NCBI GenBank assembly: GCA_902566945.1
Contig: CACFKZ010000002.1
Location: 4,918-68,917 of the forward strand
DNA from: an uncultured Pelagibacteraceae bacterium
GTDB taxonomy: Bacteria > Pseudomonadota > Alphaproteobacteria > Pelagibacterales > Pelagibacteraceae
Direction: 5' to 3'
Length of the DNA: 64,000 nt
Shown here: in pieces, positions 19,167 through 28,765 of the stretch
How the letters are laid out: the number at the start of each line of letters is the position of its first letter
Position numbering within the stretch: position 1 is the stretch's first letter
The notes under the pieces: model-generated
What the model saw: the letters and a program-made list of their open reading frames with translations, nothing else
Database searches by the model: none
Told to the model about the DNA's origin: nothing
Made by a program: the position numbers and the translations under genes

Positions 19167-20063
19167 TTATTTTCTTCCAAAGTCTGGTTTTTCAGTATCC
19201 TGTCCAGCCTCAATAATTTCTCTTCTTACTTTTTTAGTTGATGAAAATATTTCTAAAAGCTTTTCGCTGTCTTTAGTTTTTATAGCACTTTTAATTTCAT
19301 CAAGATTTTTTGAATAATTATCTAAAACTTTCAATATATTTTCACAGTTATCAATAAAAATATCTTTCCACATCAAAGGATCTGAAGCTGCGATTCTAGT
19401 AAAATCTCTTAATCCTCCAGCGCTATATTGGATAACATCATTTTTAAATTTGTCCTCATTATTAATTGCAGTTCTTACAATACTGTATGCAACTGCATGT
19501 GGAAGATGACTTGTCAAAGACAAAACATAATCGTGATCTTCAAATGACATTACTTTAACTTTACTTCCTAATTTGGACCAAAATTTTTCTAGGTTTTCTA
19601 TTTTATCTTTAGCAACTTGATTGTCAGCTGAAAGAATGCACCATCTATTCTTAAATAAACTTGAAAATCCTGCAGTAGGTCCGCTATGTTCTGTTCCAGC
19701 TATTGGGTGTGATGCTATCCAACTAATATTTTTAAGACCTAAATTGTTTATAATTTTGTTAACTTCTTTTTTAGTGGAGCCAGTATCGGTAAGAATAGAT
19801 CCTTCCTTTAAGTTTGATTTTATAGAAAGCAAAATTTCTTTGTAACTGCTTAATGGTGCAGAAATTATTATTAGATCTGCATCTTTTGCTGACTCTGTCA
19901 TATTAGAACAAATATCAGCTGTAAAATTTTTTTTTAAATAGTCCATGACTTTGTTTGACTTGTCGTAAACACTTATTTTTTTAGCTAATTTTTTTTCCTC
20001 TGTGGCTCTCAGAATTGAGGAGCCAATCAATCCGCAGCCTATGATACTTATTTTACCGAACAT
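19167..20063 (-). CDS. tyrA: Prephenate/cyclohexadienyl dehydrogenase
   Basis: GCGLIGSS, HPIAGTE, HD...SHLPH, RDFTRIAASDP. Confidence 0.93.
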   Translation of the reverse strand: MFGKISIIGCGLIGSSILRATEEKKLAKKISVYDKSNKVMDYLKKNFTADICSNMTESAKDADLIIISAPLSSYKEILLSIKSNLKEGSILTDTGSTKKEVNKIINNLGLKNISWIASHPIAGTEHSGPTAGFSSLFKNRWCILSADNQVAKDKIENLEKFWSKLGSKVKVMSFEDHDYVLSLTSHLPHAVAYSIVRTAINNEDKFKNDVIQYSAGGLRDFTRIAASDPLMWKDIFIDNCENILKVLDNYSKNLDEIKSAIKTKDSEKLLEIFSSTKKVRREIIEAGQDTEKPDFGRK

Positions 20064-21138
20064 TTAAAATTTTTCTCATTTTTTTCATTAATGCAATATT
20101 TTCTGATGTTGTCCCAATAGTTATGCGTAAAGAATTTTTAATTCCATAAACATCCATTTTACGAACCAGTATTCCTGATTTTGCGAGTAATCCAAATACT
20201 TTAGCAGAATTTATTTTAACTTTATCAAATTTTACTAATAAGAAATTAGTAAAACTTTTATTTGTTTCTATTTTCATTTTTTTGAACTCAACATACATTT
20301 TTTTACTCCATTTATTTACGTGTTTAATTTCTTTACTCAACCATGGACTATCTTTTACTGCAGCAGAAGCTGCAAACAAAGCTGGTCTGCTCACATTAAA
20401 TGGTGGCTTAACCTTATTTAATGCGGAAATAATTTCTTTTGATCCATATCCCCATCCTACTCTGAGCCCTGCTAAACCATATATTTTTGAAAAAGTTCTT
20501 GTCATAACTACATTTTTAAAATTTGTAAAAGTTTTCAAACCAGACAAATAATCTTTATTTTTTACATACTCAAAATAAGCATCATCTACGACTAGTAAGA
20601 TATCACTTCTTAGTTTTTTTCTTAAAAAGAGCAATTCTTTCTTTGGAATATATGTTCCAGTTGGATTATTTGGGTTAGCTAGGAAAACTATTTTGGTTTT
20701 TCTTGTAACTTTTTTAAGTATATCTTCAGTTGAAACAGTAAAATTATTTTCTTTTGAATAAATAACTTTTGCTCCATTCATTCTACTGTAAATTCGGTAA
20801 ATTATAAAACTAAACTTAGGGACTATAACTTCATCTCCTTTCTTTAGGAACGATTTGCATATAAGTTCAAAAATTTGATCAGAACCTGATCCTAAGATTA
20901 TTCTATTTTTATCAATCTTAAACTTCTTAGCTAGCGTGTTTCTTAAAAAGGTTCCATCGGAGTCAGGGTATCTTGCAAAGTTTTTTGAAACTTCTAAGTA
21001 TTGTTTTCTTGCTTTCGGACTAGGGCCAAGAGCAGACTCATTAGCAGATAATTTAATCTTTGCTAATTTGCTCTTGAATAAGCTCATTCCAGCTACATAT
21101 TTCTCTGCAACAATGTTATTTGGTTTCGGAAATCTCAT
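20053..21138 (-). CDS. hisC: Histidinol-phosphate aminotransferase
   Basis: KLSANE, NPNNPTG, RTFSKIYGLAGLRVG. Confidence 0.95.
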   Translation of the reverse strand: MRFPKPNNIVAEKYVAGMSLFKSKLAKIKLSANESALGPSPKARKQYLEVSKNFARYPDSDGTFLRNTLAKKFKIDKNRIILGSGSDQIFELICKSFLKKGDEVIVPKFSFIIYRIYSRMNGAKVIYSKENNFTVSTEDILKKVTRKTKIVFLANPNNPTGTYIPKKELLFLRKKLRSDILLVVDDAYFEYVKNKDYLSGLKTFTNFKNVVMTRTFSKIYGLAGLRVGWGYGSKEIISALNKVKPPFNVSRPALFAASAAVKDSPWLSKEIKHVNKWSKKMYVEFKKMKIETNKSFTNFLLVKFDKVKINSAKVFGLLAKSGILVRKMDVYGIKNSLRITIGTTSENIALMKKMRKILNVR

Positions 21139-21198
21139 TTAATTAATGTATTATCTAAATTGTTTAAGTTTTTCTATAGCTCTTTATCGTATATAAAA

Positions 21199-21227
21199 TT
21201 GACAAGTTTGTGATGATTTAGTAAACA
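21199..21227 (+). promoter_or_regulatory. Candidate sigma70 promoter of the metX leader
   Basis: TTGACA (21199-21204), 17 nt, TAAACA; ends just upstream of the riboswitch. Confidence 0.55.
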
Positions 21228-21231
21228 TTAT

Positions 21232-21283
21232 TCGCGCTGATTTAACCATATTGCAAGCGCATAATAAATGTAGCTAAAAAGGG
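21232..21283 (+). ncRNA. SAM-II riboswitch aptamer
   Basis: TCGCGCTGATTTAACCATATTGCAAGCGCATAATAAATGTAGCTAAAAAGGG closely matches the metX SAM-II aptamer as I recall it (GCGC P1, UGAUUUAACC, GCUAAAAAGGG); lies directly upstream of metX. Confidence 0.92.
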
Positions 21284-21286
21284 GAT

Positions 21287-21312
21287 GCCCAGTTTAGCTG
21301 GGCTTTTTTTTT
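21287..21312 (+). terminator. Intrinsic terminator forming the riboswitch expression platform
   Basis: GCCCAG-TTTAG-CTGGGC followed by T9, between the aptamer and ATG 21315. Confidence 0.8.
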
Positions 21313-21314
21313 GG

Positions 21315-22454
21315 ATGAATATAAAACTTGAGAATATAAAGAAATTAGATGTTGCTAAACCGCTTAAACTAGACTGCGGAAAAACTATAAGGAATTTTCC
21401 TATCGCATACGAAACTTACGGAAAATTAAGTGATAACAAGGATAATGCAATACTTGTTTTTCATGCATTAACAGGGGATCAGTTCGTAACTGGAAGTAAT
21501 CCTATTACTAACAAAGAAGGTTGGTGGGTAACTGCAGTAGGCCCTGGTAAAGCAATAGATACAAATAAATATTTTGTAATATGTGCTAATGTTATCGGTG
21601 GTTGTATGGGGTCATTAGGACCTAGAAATATAAATCCAGATACTAATAGACCTTATGGTTTAGATTTTCCAGTAATAACGATTAAAGATATGGTTAGAGC
21701 ACAAGAGTCTTTGCTTGAATATCTTGGAATAAAAAAACTTTTATGTGCAACTGGTGGCTCAATGGGAGGAATGCAACTATTACAATTTTGTGCGACGTTT
21801 CCTGATAAAGCTTTTGCTGCAATCCCGATAGCTTGTAGTTCAAGTCATAGTGCTCAAAATATTGCTCTAAACGAATTAGCGCGCCAGGCAATAATGGCTG
21901 ATCCTGTATGGGATAATGGGCAATATGTTTTAAAAAATGTTCAACCAAAAAATGGTTTGGCTGTAGCGAGAATGGTTGGTCACATTAGCTACTTATCAGA
22001 GAAAGGTATGCAGGAAAAATTTGGAAGAAAATTACAGGAGAAAGCAGACTATGAATTTAGTTTTAATGCTGATTTTCAAGTTGAGAGCTATTTAAGACAT
22101 CAAGGCTATGCCTTTGTAGAAAGATTTGATGCTAACTCAGTGTTGTATATTACCAGAGCAATGGATTATTTTGATCTTTCAAAACAATTTAAAGGTGGTT
22201 TGGTAGAGGCATTTAGAAATCAAAAAACGAAATTTTTGATTATATCATTTTCATCAGATTGGCTTTACACAACTAAAGATAATAAGGATATAGTTATTGC
22301 ATTAAATGCATCAGGAGCGGATGTATCTTATTCTGAAATTATTACAGATAAAGGTCATGACTCATTTTTGCTAAATGAACCACAATTTTTAAAAACACTT
22401 AAAGGTTTTATCGACTCAATGTATGAAAGATTTAAAAATGAAAAAAGAATTTAA
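21315..22454 (+). CDS. metX: Homoserine O-acetyltransferase
   Basis: HALTGD, GGSMGG, RFDANS, GHDSFLL; ATG 21315 preferred (in-frame ATG 21285 overlaps the terminator). Confidence 0.95.
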   Translation: MNIKLENIKKLDVAKPLKLDCGKTIRNFPIAYETYGKLSDNKDNAILVFHALTGDQFVTGSNPITNKEGWWVTAVGPGKAIDTNKYFVICANVIGGCMGSLGPRNINPDTNRPYGLDFPVITIKDMVRAQESLLEYLGIKKLLCATGGSMGGMQLLQFCATFPDKAFAAIPIACSSSHSAQNIALNELARQAIMADPVWDNGQYVLKNVQPKNGLAVARMVGHISYLSEKGMQEKFGRKLQEKADYEFSFNADFQVESYLRHQGYAFVERFDANSVLYITRAMDYFDLSKQFKGGLVEAFRNQKTKFLIISFSSDWLYTTKDNKDIVIALNASGADVSYSEIITDKGHDSFLLNEPQFLKTLKGFIDSMYERFKNEKRI

Positions 22455-23031
22455 AGTAATAGCAGATCTATTACCTAATAATACAAGAGTTCTTGACATA
22501 GGCTGTGGTGACGGATCTTTAATGAGTCTTCTTAATGAAGAAAAACATATTGAGGTTCGTGGTCTAGAGCTTAATCAAGAAAATGTCCAAGAATGTATTC
22601 ACAAAGGACTACCTGTTATCCAAGGTAACGCAGAAACTGAATTACATCAATTTCCCGATAAATCTTTTGACTATGTAGTTCTCAGTCAGACGCTACAAGC
22701 TTTTTATGAGCCAGAAAAAGTTTTAAGAAATCTTTTGAGAATTGGGAAATCAGTAGTTGTTTCAATTCCTAATTTTGGCTTCTGGAAAGTAAGAATTAAA
22801 CTTTTGTTTTTTGGTGAGATGCCAGTTACAAAAACATTACCTAATACGTGGTATAATACCCCTAATTTACACATGTGTACAATTAAAGATTTATTCAATT
22901 TTTGCGATGAGAAAAAAATTAATATAAAAAAGGTTGTTGGTGTTAATGAAAATAAAACTTCAATAATCAATAAGAGTAATCTAGAAATTAAAAACCTTTT
23001 TTCAAAAGTTGGTATTTTTTTAATAGGCTAA
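22438..23031 (+). CDS. metW: Methionine biosynthesis protein MetW
   Basis: VLDIGCGDG, LSQTLQ, PNFG, WYNTPNLH; follows metX. Confidence 0.93.
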   Translation: MKKEFKVIADLLPNNTRVLDIGCGDGSLMSLLNEEKHIEVRGLELNQENVQECIHKGLPVIQGNAETELHQFPDKSFDYVVLSQTLQAFYEPEKVLRNLLRIGKSVVVSIPNFGFWKVRIKLLFFGEMPVTKTLPNTWYNTPNLHMCTIKDLFNFCDEKKINIKKVVGVNENKTSIINKSNLEIKNLFSKVGIFLIG

Positions 23032-23032
23032 A

Positions 23033-23791
23033 ATGATAATAGAAATTATTCCATGTTTGAGTGACAATTATAGTTACTTAATTCATGAAAAAAAACTTAA
23101 CACTGTTTCAATTGTTGATCCTTCAGAATTTAAAACTTGTGATGAAGCGATTAAAAAGTATAAAAAACTAGATTTTATTTTAAACACTCATCATCATGCC
23201 GATCATGTAGATGCAAACTTGGAACTCAAAAAAAAATATAATTCTAAAATTTTAGGTTACGACTCAGATAAAAATCGTATTCCAGGTATAGATATATTTC
23301 TTAAAGAAAATCAAAAACAAAAGATTGGAAGTTTAGAATTCGAAGTAATATTTATTCCAGGTCACACAAAAGGCCATATTGCTTTTTTCTTTAGAAAAGA
23401 AAAGATTGCTTTTACCGGAGATACATTATTTTCGTTAGGATGTGGCAGAGTTTTTGAAGGAACTCACGAGGAAATGTTTAATTCTCTGAATAAAATTAAA
23501 AACCTACCGCCTGATACGAAAATCTATTGTGGACACGAATACACAAAAACAAATTTAAATTTTTGTTTAACGTACGATCCTACAAATAAGTTGTTAAAAG
23601 AGAAACAGGTCGATATTCTAAAAAAATTGAATTCTAATCAACCAACTATTCCATCTACTTTAGGTCAAGAAATTAAAACAAATATTTTTTTAAGGTGTAA
23701 TGATCCTGAAATAAAGCATGCTATAGGTCTAAAAGACTCATCAGAGTTAGAAGTTTTTTCAAAATTACGAGATTTAAAGGATACTTTTTAA
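23033..23791 (+). CDS. gloB: Hydroxyacylglutathione hydrolase (glyoxalase II)
   Basis: THHHADH, PGHTKGH, GDTLF..GCGR, CGHEYT. Confidence 0.95.
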   Translation: MIIEIIPCLSDNYSYLIHEKKLNTVSIVDPSEFKTCDEAIKKYKKLDFILNTHHHADHVDANLELKKKYNSKILGYDSDKNRIPGIDIFLKENQKQKIGSLEFEVIFIPGHTKGHIAFFFRKEKIAFTGDTLFSLGCGRVFEGTHEEMFNSLNKIKNLPPDTKIYCGHEYTKTNLNFCLTYDPTNKLLKEKQVDILKKLNSNQPTIPSTLGQEIKTNIFLRCNDPEIKHAIGLKDSSELEVFSKLRDLKDTF

Positions 23792-23801
23792 CTTCAATAA
23801 T

Positions 23802-23830
23802 CTTGACTTGCTGGCGATCGAGGCTATATT
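23802..23830 (+). promoter_or_regulatory. Candidate promoter of rplU-rpmA-obgE
   Basis: CTTGAC-N16-CTATAT, alphaproteobacterial sigma70-like. Confidence 0.55.
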
Positions 23831-23857
23831 GCGTGGAAATTAATAAAAAGAGATTTT

Positions 23858-24265
23858 ATGTCGTTTGCTATAATTGAAACAGGTGGAAAACAGTACAAAG
23901 TATCCGCTAGTAAAATATTAGAAATTGAAAAACTGAATGCCAAAGTTGGTCAAACTATTAAATTTGACAATGTTTTGCTTTTAAATGACGACAAAAGTAC
24001 AGAAATTGGAAGTCCTATAGTCGAGGGGGCTACAGTAGAAGCTAAACTTTTAGAGAATGTTAAAGATAGAACTGTATTAGTTTTTCATAAAAGAAGAAGA
24101 AAACACTCTAGAAAAAAGAATGGTCATAGACAACGTCATTCTAAAATACAAATTACAAAGATTTTAGCAAAAGGCGGTAAAGTTATAGGAGAAGCAAAAA
24201 TAGTAGAAAAAAAGAAACCTATAAAAGACGAGAAAAAAGTTGTAAAAAAGGAAGTAAAAAAATAG
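23858..24265 (+). CDS. rplU: 50S ribosomal protein L21 with a short basic C-terminal extension
   Basis: FAIIETGGKQYKV, RKKNGHRQ. Confidence 0.97.
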   Translation: MSFAIIETGGKQYKVSASKILEIEKLNAKVGQTIKFDNVLLLNDDKSTEIGSPIVEGATVEAKLLENVKDRTVLVFHKRRRKHSRKKNGHRQRHSKIQITKILAKGGKVIGEAKIVEKKKPIKDEKKVVKKEVKK

Positions 24266-24273
24266 GAAATTAA

Positions 24274-24528
24274 ATGGCAACAAAAAAAGCAGGTGGATCA
24301 TCGAAGAACGGCCGAGATAGTAAAGGTAGGCGCCTTGGAGTCAAAAAATATGGTGATCAAATTGTAATACCTGGGAACATCATAGTAAGACAAAGAGGTA
24401 CTAAAATTCATCCTGGTGATAATGTTGGCATGGGTAAAGATCACTCGATTTTTTCTCTTGTCAAAGGAAAAGTAAAATTTAAAAAATCAAAATTAAACAG
24501 AACTTTTGTTTCTGTAATCCCCAATTAA
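24274..24528 (+). CDS. rpmA: 50S ribosomal protein L27
   Basis: [22 protein letters not shown]. Confidence 0.98.
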   Translation: MATKKAGGSSKNGRDSKGRRLGVKKYGDQIVIPGNIIVRQRGTKIHPGDNVGMGKDHSIFSLVKGKVKFKKSKLNRTFVSVIPN

Positions 24529-24568
24529 ATCTATATAAATAACCTAAGTTATTTGTATTATAATAAGT

Positions 24569-25552
24569 ATGAAATTTTTAGATCAAGCAAAAATTTATAT
24601 AAAAGCTGGAAATGGTGGATCAGGTTCTGCGAGTTTCAGAAGAGAAAAGTTTGTAGAGTATGGTGGGCCAGATGGTGGGGATGGTGGAGCTGGAGGATCT
24701 ATAATTGTTCAATCTGATAGAAATCTTAATACATTAATTGATTTCAGATATGCACAACATTTTAAAGCTCAACATGGAAAGCCTGGAAGTAAAAGAAATA
24801 AAACTGGAGCTAATGGAGAAGATTTAATTTTAAGAGTTCCTCTTGGAACTCAAGTGTATGAAGAAGACAACAATACTTTAATTTATGATTTTACAAAAAA
24901 TAAAGAAAAATATCTTATAGCTTCTGGTGGTAAAGGTGGTCTTGGAAATGTAAGATTTAAAAGCTCGACAAATAGAGCTCCAAGAAAAAAGACAAATGGA
25001 AAATTAGGAGAAGAATTTTGGGTCTGGCTTCAATTAAAAGTAATTGCCGATATTGGTATCATAGGTAAACCAAACGCTGGTAAATCTAGTTTGCTCGCAG
25101 CGTTAACAAAAGCAAAGCCAAAAATAGCCAATTATCCATTTACAACAATTAACCCAAATTTAGGTGTATCTTACTATGGAGGTAAAGAAATTACTTTAGC
25201 TGATATTCCCGGATTAGTGGAAGGCGCACATAAAGGTGTTGGTCTAGGAGATAAATTTTTAAGACATATAGAAAGATGTAAAATTTTACTACACTTAATA
25301 GACTTATCAGAAGATAATTTATTCTATTCTTACAAAAAAATTAAATTAGAGCTATCTAATTATGATAAAAATTTAATTAAAAAGAAAGAAATTATTTTTT
25401 TTAATAAGTCAGATTTATTTAAGGATAATGAGATAAATGAAAAATTAAAGGATTTCAAAAAAAGGATTAAAACTAAATATGAAATTATTTCTGTTTATTC
25501 AAATAAAGATATTCAAAAAATAAAAAAAATATTGATTAAAAATGCAAATTAA
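24569..25552 (+). CDS. obgE: GTPase ObgE/CgtA
   Basis: FRREK..GGPDGGDGG, GKPNAGKS, DIPG, NKSD. Confidence 0.97.
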   Translation: MKFLDQAKIYIKAGNGGSGSASFRREKFVEYGGPDGGDGGAGGSIIVQSDRNLNTLIDFRYAQHFKAQHGKPGSKRNKTGANGEDLILRVPLGTQVYEEDNNTLIYDFTKNKEKYLIASGGKGGLGNVRFKSSTNRAPRKKTNGKLGEEFWVWLQLKVIADIGIIGKPNAGKSSLLAALTKAKPKIANYPFTTINPNLGVSYYGGKEITLADIPGLVEGAHKGVGLGDKFLRHIERCKILLHLIDLSEDNLFYSYKKIKLELSNYDKNLIKKKEIIFFNKSDLFKDNEINEKLKDFKKRIKTKYEIISVYSNKDIQKIKKILIKNAN

Positions 25553-26633
25553 AAATGCAAAAAAAATAGTTTTAAAACTTGGATCTACAACTGTGGTCGA
25601 TGGAAAAGGTATTTTCAAAAAAAAGTGGGTAACTTCTCTAATAAAAGATATTAAAAAATATGGAAAAGGAAAAAACTTCGTTATTGTTTCTTCAGGAGCA
25701 ATCGCCCTTGGACAAAAATATCTTAAAATCAAAAAAGGGAAAATTAAATTAGAAAAGAGCCAAGCTATTGCTGCAGTTGGACAAATTCATTTGGCAGGAG
25801 AATTCCAGAAACTATTTGATAAATATAAAATTAAATCGGGTCAGATTTTAATTAGTCCAGATGATACAGAACAAAGAAGGAGAGCCATAAATGTTAGAAG
25901 AACTTTTGATAATTTGTTTGAACTCAAAGCTATCCCAATAGTAAATGAAAATGATTCAACAGCAACAAGCGAAATAAAATATGGAGATAATGATAGATTG
26001 GCCGCGAGAGTGGCTCAGATTATCGGTGCTGACCTATTAATATTATTTTCTGATGTTGATGGACTATATGATAAGTCAAAAGGTAAAAAAATTATAAGAG
26101 AAGTGACTTCAATTAATGAGAAAATCACATCACTAATAGATAATAAAAAAAATATGTTTGGATCAGGGGGAATCGCTACAAAAATAGATGCTGCTAAGAT
26201 TTGCATGAATTCAGGTAGCCATATGTTTATTGCTAATGGTAAAGTAAATAACCCAATTTTAAATATTATTAAAAACAAACGATATACTCATTTCTTACCA
26301 AAAATTTCTTCTTTAGATGCTAGAAAAAAATGGATCATCGGTTCTCTTAATTATAATGGAACTATATATATTGATAGTGGAGCAGCTAAAGCTCTATCTA
26401 GCGGTAAAAGTTTACTCGCTGCTGGTATAACTAAAATTAATGGAAATTTTAATAAGGGAGAAAATGTAATAATCTTAGATCAAAATAATGTTCAGCTAGC
26501 TCGAGGACTATCCTCTTTCAGTTCTACTGAAATAAATAAAATCAAAGGTAAACAAAGTAAAGAGATCGAAACAATTCTTGGTTATCTTAGTAAAACTGAA
26601 GTGATTCACAAAGATGATATGGTATTATTATAA
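25542..26633 (+). CDS. proB: Glutamate 5-kinase
   Basis: VLKLGS, VSSGAI, NEND, GDNDRL, C-terminal PUA domain. Confidence 0.96.
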   Translation: MQIKNAKKIVLKLGSTTVVDGKGIFKKKWVTSLIKDIKKYGKGKNFVIVSSGAIALGQKYLKIKKGKIKLEKSQAIAAVGQIHLAGEFQKLFDKYKIKSGQILISPDDTEQRRRAINVRRTFDNLFELKAIPIVNENDSTATSEIKYGDNDRLAARVAQIIGADLLILFSDVDGLYDKSKGKKIIREVTSINEKITSLIDNKKNMFGSGGIATKIDAAKICMNSGSHMFIANGKVNNPILNIIKNKRYTHFLPKISSLDARKKWIIGSLNYNGTIYIDSGAAKALSSGKSLLAAGITKINGNFNKGENVIILDQNNVQLARGLSSFSSTEINKIKGKQSKEIETILGYLSKTEVIHKDDMVLL

Positions 26634-27875
26634 ATGAATTATTTAGAGTCTATTGGAAAAAACGCTAAAAAAGCCTTCGAAGATTTAAAGGGCCTTAAAC
26701 ATAAAAAAATAAAAAAGGTTTTAGAGAGTTACAATCTATCACTTTTGAAAAATACTAACAAAATAATCAGAGAAAATTTAAAAGATGTCAAAAATGTTAA
26801 AAGAAAACATCTGGTTGACAGACTTATTTTAGATAAAAAAAGAATTGAAGGAATAAGGCATTCAATAAATGAAATAGCAAAATTTAAAAATCCAGTTGGA
26901 AGAGTTTTACAAACATGGCGTAGACCAAATAAATTGACAATTAAGAAAGTAACGACACCAATTGGTGTTATAGGTGTAATATATGAGAGCAGACCTAATG
27001 TAACGGCTGACGTTGCAGCATTATGTTTAAAATCAGGTAACTGTTCTATTTTAAGAGGTGGGTCTGAAGCTTTTAATTCCAACAGATTACTAGCAAATTT
27101 ATTTAGGGATAATTTAAGAAAAAACAATATTAATCAAAATTGTGTTCAGTTTATTAAAAATAAAAATAGAAAAATAGTAGATCAATTATTATCAAAAATG
27201 AGTGCCTACATTGATGTAATTGTACCAAGAGGAGGTAAGGGACTTGTAGCAAAAGTACAAAAATTTTCTAATGTACATGTAATTGGCCATCTTGAAGGAT
27301 TGTGCCACATTTATATTGATAAAACTGCAAACGTAAAAATGGCTAAAGATTTAATTATCAATGCGAAAATGAGAAGGACAAGTATTTGTGGAGCAGTAGA
27401 AACTCTTCTGATCGAAGAAAAAGCTTTAAACTCACATGCTAAAGAAATAATAAATGCTCTTTTAAATTCAGGTTGTGAAGTAAGGGTTGATAAGAAAGTA
27501 AACAAACTTTTTAAAGGAAAATTAAAGAATACCGTAGAAAAAGATTGGAAGACAGAATATCTAGATGCAATTATTTCAATCAAGACAGTGAAAAATGTAT
27601 ATAGCGCTGTCAAACATATTTTGAAATACGGCACAATGCATACCGATAGCATTATTACTAATAACAAAAAAAATGCTGAAATTTTTTTGAATGGCGTCAA
27701 TAGCTCAATAGCAATGCACAATGTTTCAACCCAATTTGCGGATGGAGGAGAATTTGGTTTTGGTGGTGAAATTGGTATCTCCACTAACAAACTTCCGCCT
27801 AGAGGTCCTGTGGGAATAAATCAATTAACATCATACAAATATCTTGTTTCTGGAAGAGGAATTGTAAGACCGTAG
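26634..27875 (+). CDS. proA: Gamma-glutamyl phosphate reductase
   Basis: IYESRPNVT, LRGGSEA, FADGGEFGFGGEIGIST, RGPVG. Confidence 0.97.
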   Translation: MNYLESIGKNAKKAFEDLKGLKHKKIKKVLESYNLSLLKNTNKIIRENLKDVKNVKRKHLVDRLILDKKRIEGIRHSINEIAKFKNPVGRVLQTWRRPNKLTIKKVTTPIGVIGVIYESRPNVTADVAALCLKSGNCSILRGGSEAFNSNRLLANLFRDNLRKNNINQNCVQFIKNKNRKIVDQLLSKMSAYIDVIVPRGGKGLVAKVQKFSNVHVIGHLEGLCHIYIDKTANVKMAKDLIINAKMRRTSICGAVETLLIEEKALNSHAKEIINALLNSGCEVRVDKKVNKLFKGKLKNTVEKDWKTEYLDAIISIKTVKNVYSAVKHILKYGTMHTDSIITNNKKNAEIFLNGVNSSIAMHNVSTQFADGGEFGFGGEIGISTNKLPPRGPVGINQLTSYKYLVSGRGIVRP

Positions 27876-27878
27876 TTG

Positions 27879-28418
27879 ATGGCAATTATCCAGAAAAAAT
27901 ATATTGGTTTATTAGGTGGTAGTTTTGATCCAGCGCATAAAGGACACTTAGGTATATCAAAAATTGCAATAAAAAAATTCAAATTAAAAAAAATTTACTG
28001 GGTTATCACAAAAAAAAATCCCTTTAAAAATAAGACTTTTTATTCTTTAAATGAAAGAATTAAATATGCAAAAAAAATAACCAAAGCTCAAAAGAAAATC
28101 AAAACAATTTGTGTAGATAATACTATCAAATCTTCCAGAATTATTGATGTAATTAATTACTTTATAAAAAAAAAGAAAATTAAAAATATTCTCTTTATGA
28201 TTGGTTCAGATAATTTAATACAGTTTCACAAGTGGAAAAGCTGGAAAAAAATAGTAAAATTGGTAAAATTAATAGTTTTTTCTAGAAGAGGATATGATAG
28301 AAAGGGAATGAAATCACTTGTGGCTAAAAATTTTAAAAATAGAATTATCTTTATAAAAAACAAGCCAATAACTATATCTTCAACACAATTAAAGAGTCAG
28401 ACAAAATCAAATATTTAA
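27879..28418 (+). CDS. nadD: Nicotinate-nucleotide adenylyltransferase
   Basis: GGSFDPAHKGH, IGSDN, ISST. Confidence 0.92.
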   Translation: MAIIQKKYIGLLGGSFDPAHKGHLGISKIAIKKFKLKKIYWVITKKNPFKNKTFYSLNERIKYAKKITKAQKKIKTICVDNTIKSSRIIDVINYFIKKKKIKNILFMIGSDNLIQFHKWKSWKKIVKLVKLIVFSRRGYDRKGMKSLVAKNFKNRIIFIKNKPITISSTQLKSQTKSNI

Positions 28419-28765
28419 TGGGTATCGCTGATATTAAAAATAATATTGAAAAAATACTAGATGATAATAAGGCTCAAAATATAACATGTATTGACTTAAA
28501 AAATAAATCATACATCGCAGATTATATGGTTATAGCTTCTGGGACATCTTCGAGACACCTGCAGGCATTATCAGAAATTCTTTTGTTACACTTAAAAAAA
28601 TTAGGAATAGATAATTGTCGTATTGAGGGTAAAGATAGTAATGATTGGAAATTAGTAGATGCTCAAGATGTAATTGTTCATATATTTCATCCAGAAAAAA
28701 GGGAATTTTATGATTTAGAAAAAATGTGGTCTGAAGAAATTCCAAAAGAAAAAGCTTTGATATGA
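28418..28765 (+). CDS. rsfS: Ribosome silencing factor
   Basis: ADYMVIASG, WKLVD..DVIVHIF, FYDLEKMW. Confidence 0.95.
   Translation: MGIADIKNNIEKILDDNKAQNITCIDLKNKSYIADYMVIASGTSSRHLQALSEILLLHLKKLGIDNCRIEGKDSNDWKLVDAQDVIVHIFHPEKREFYDLEKMWSEEIPKEKALI

Noticed and set aside
21285-21314. N-terminal extension MPSLAGLFFW of MetX
   Set aside because: It is the translation of the terminator hairpin and T-tract; ATG 21315 gives a normal N-terminus.
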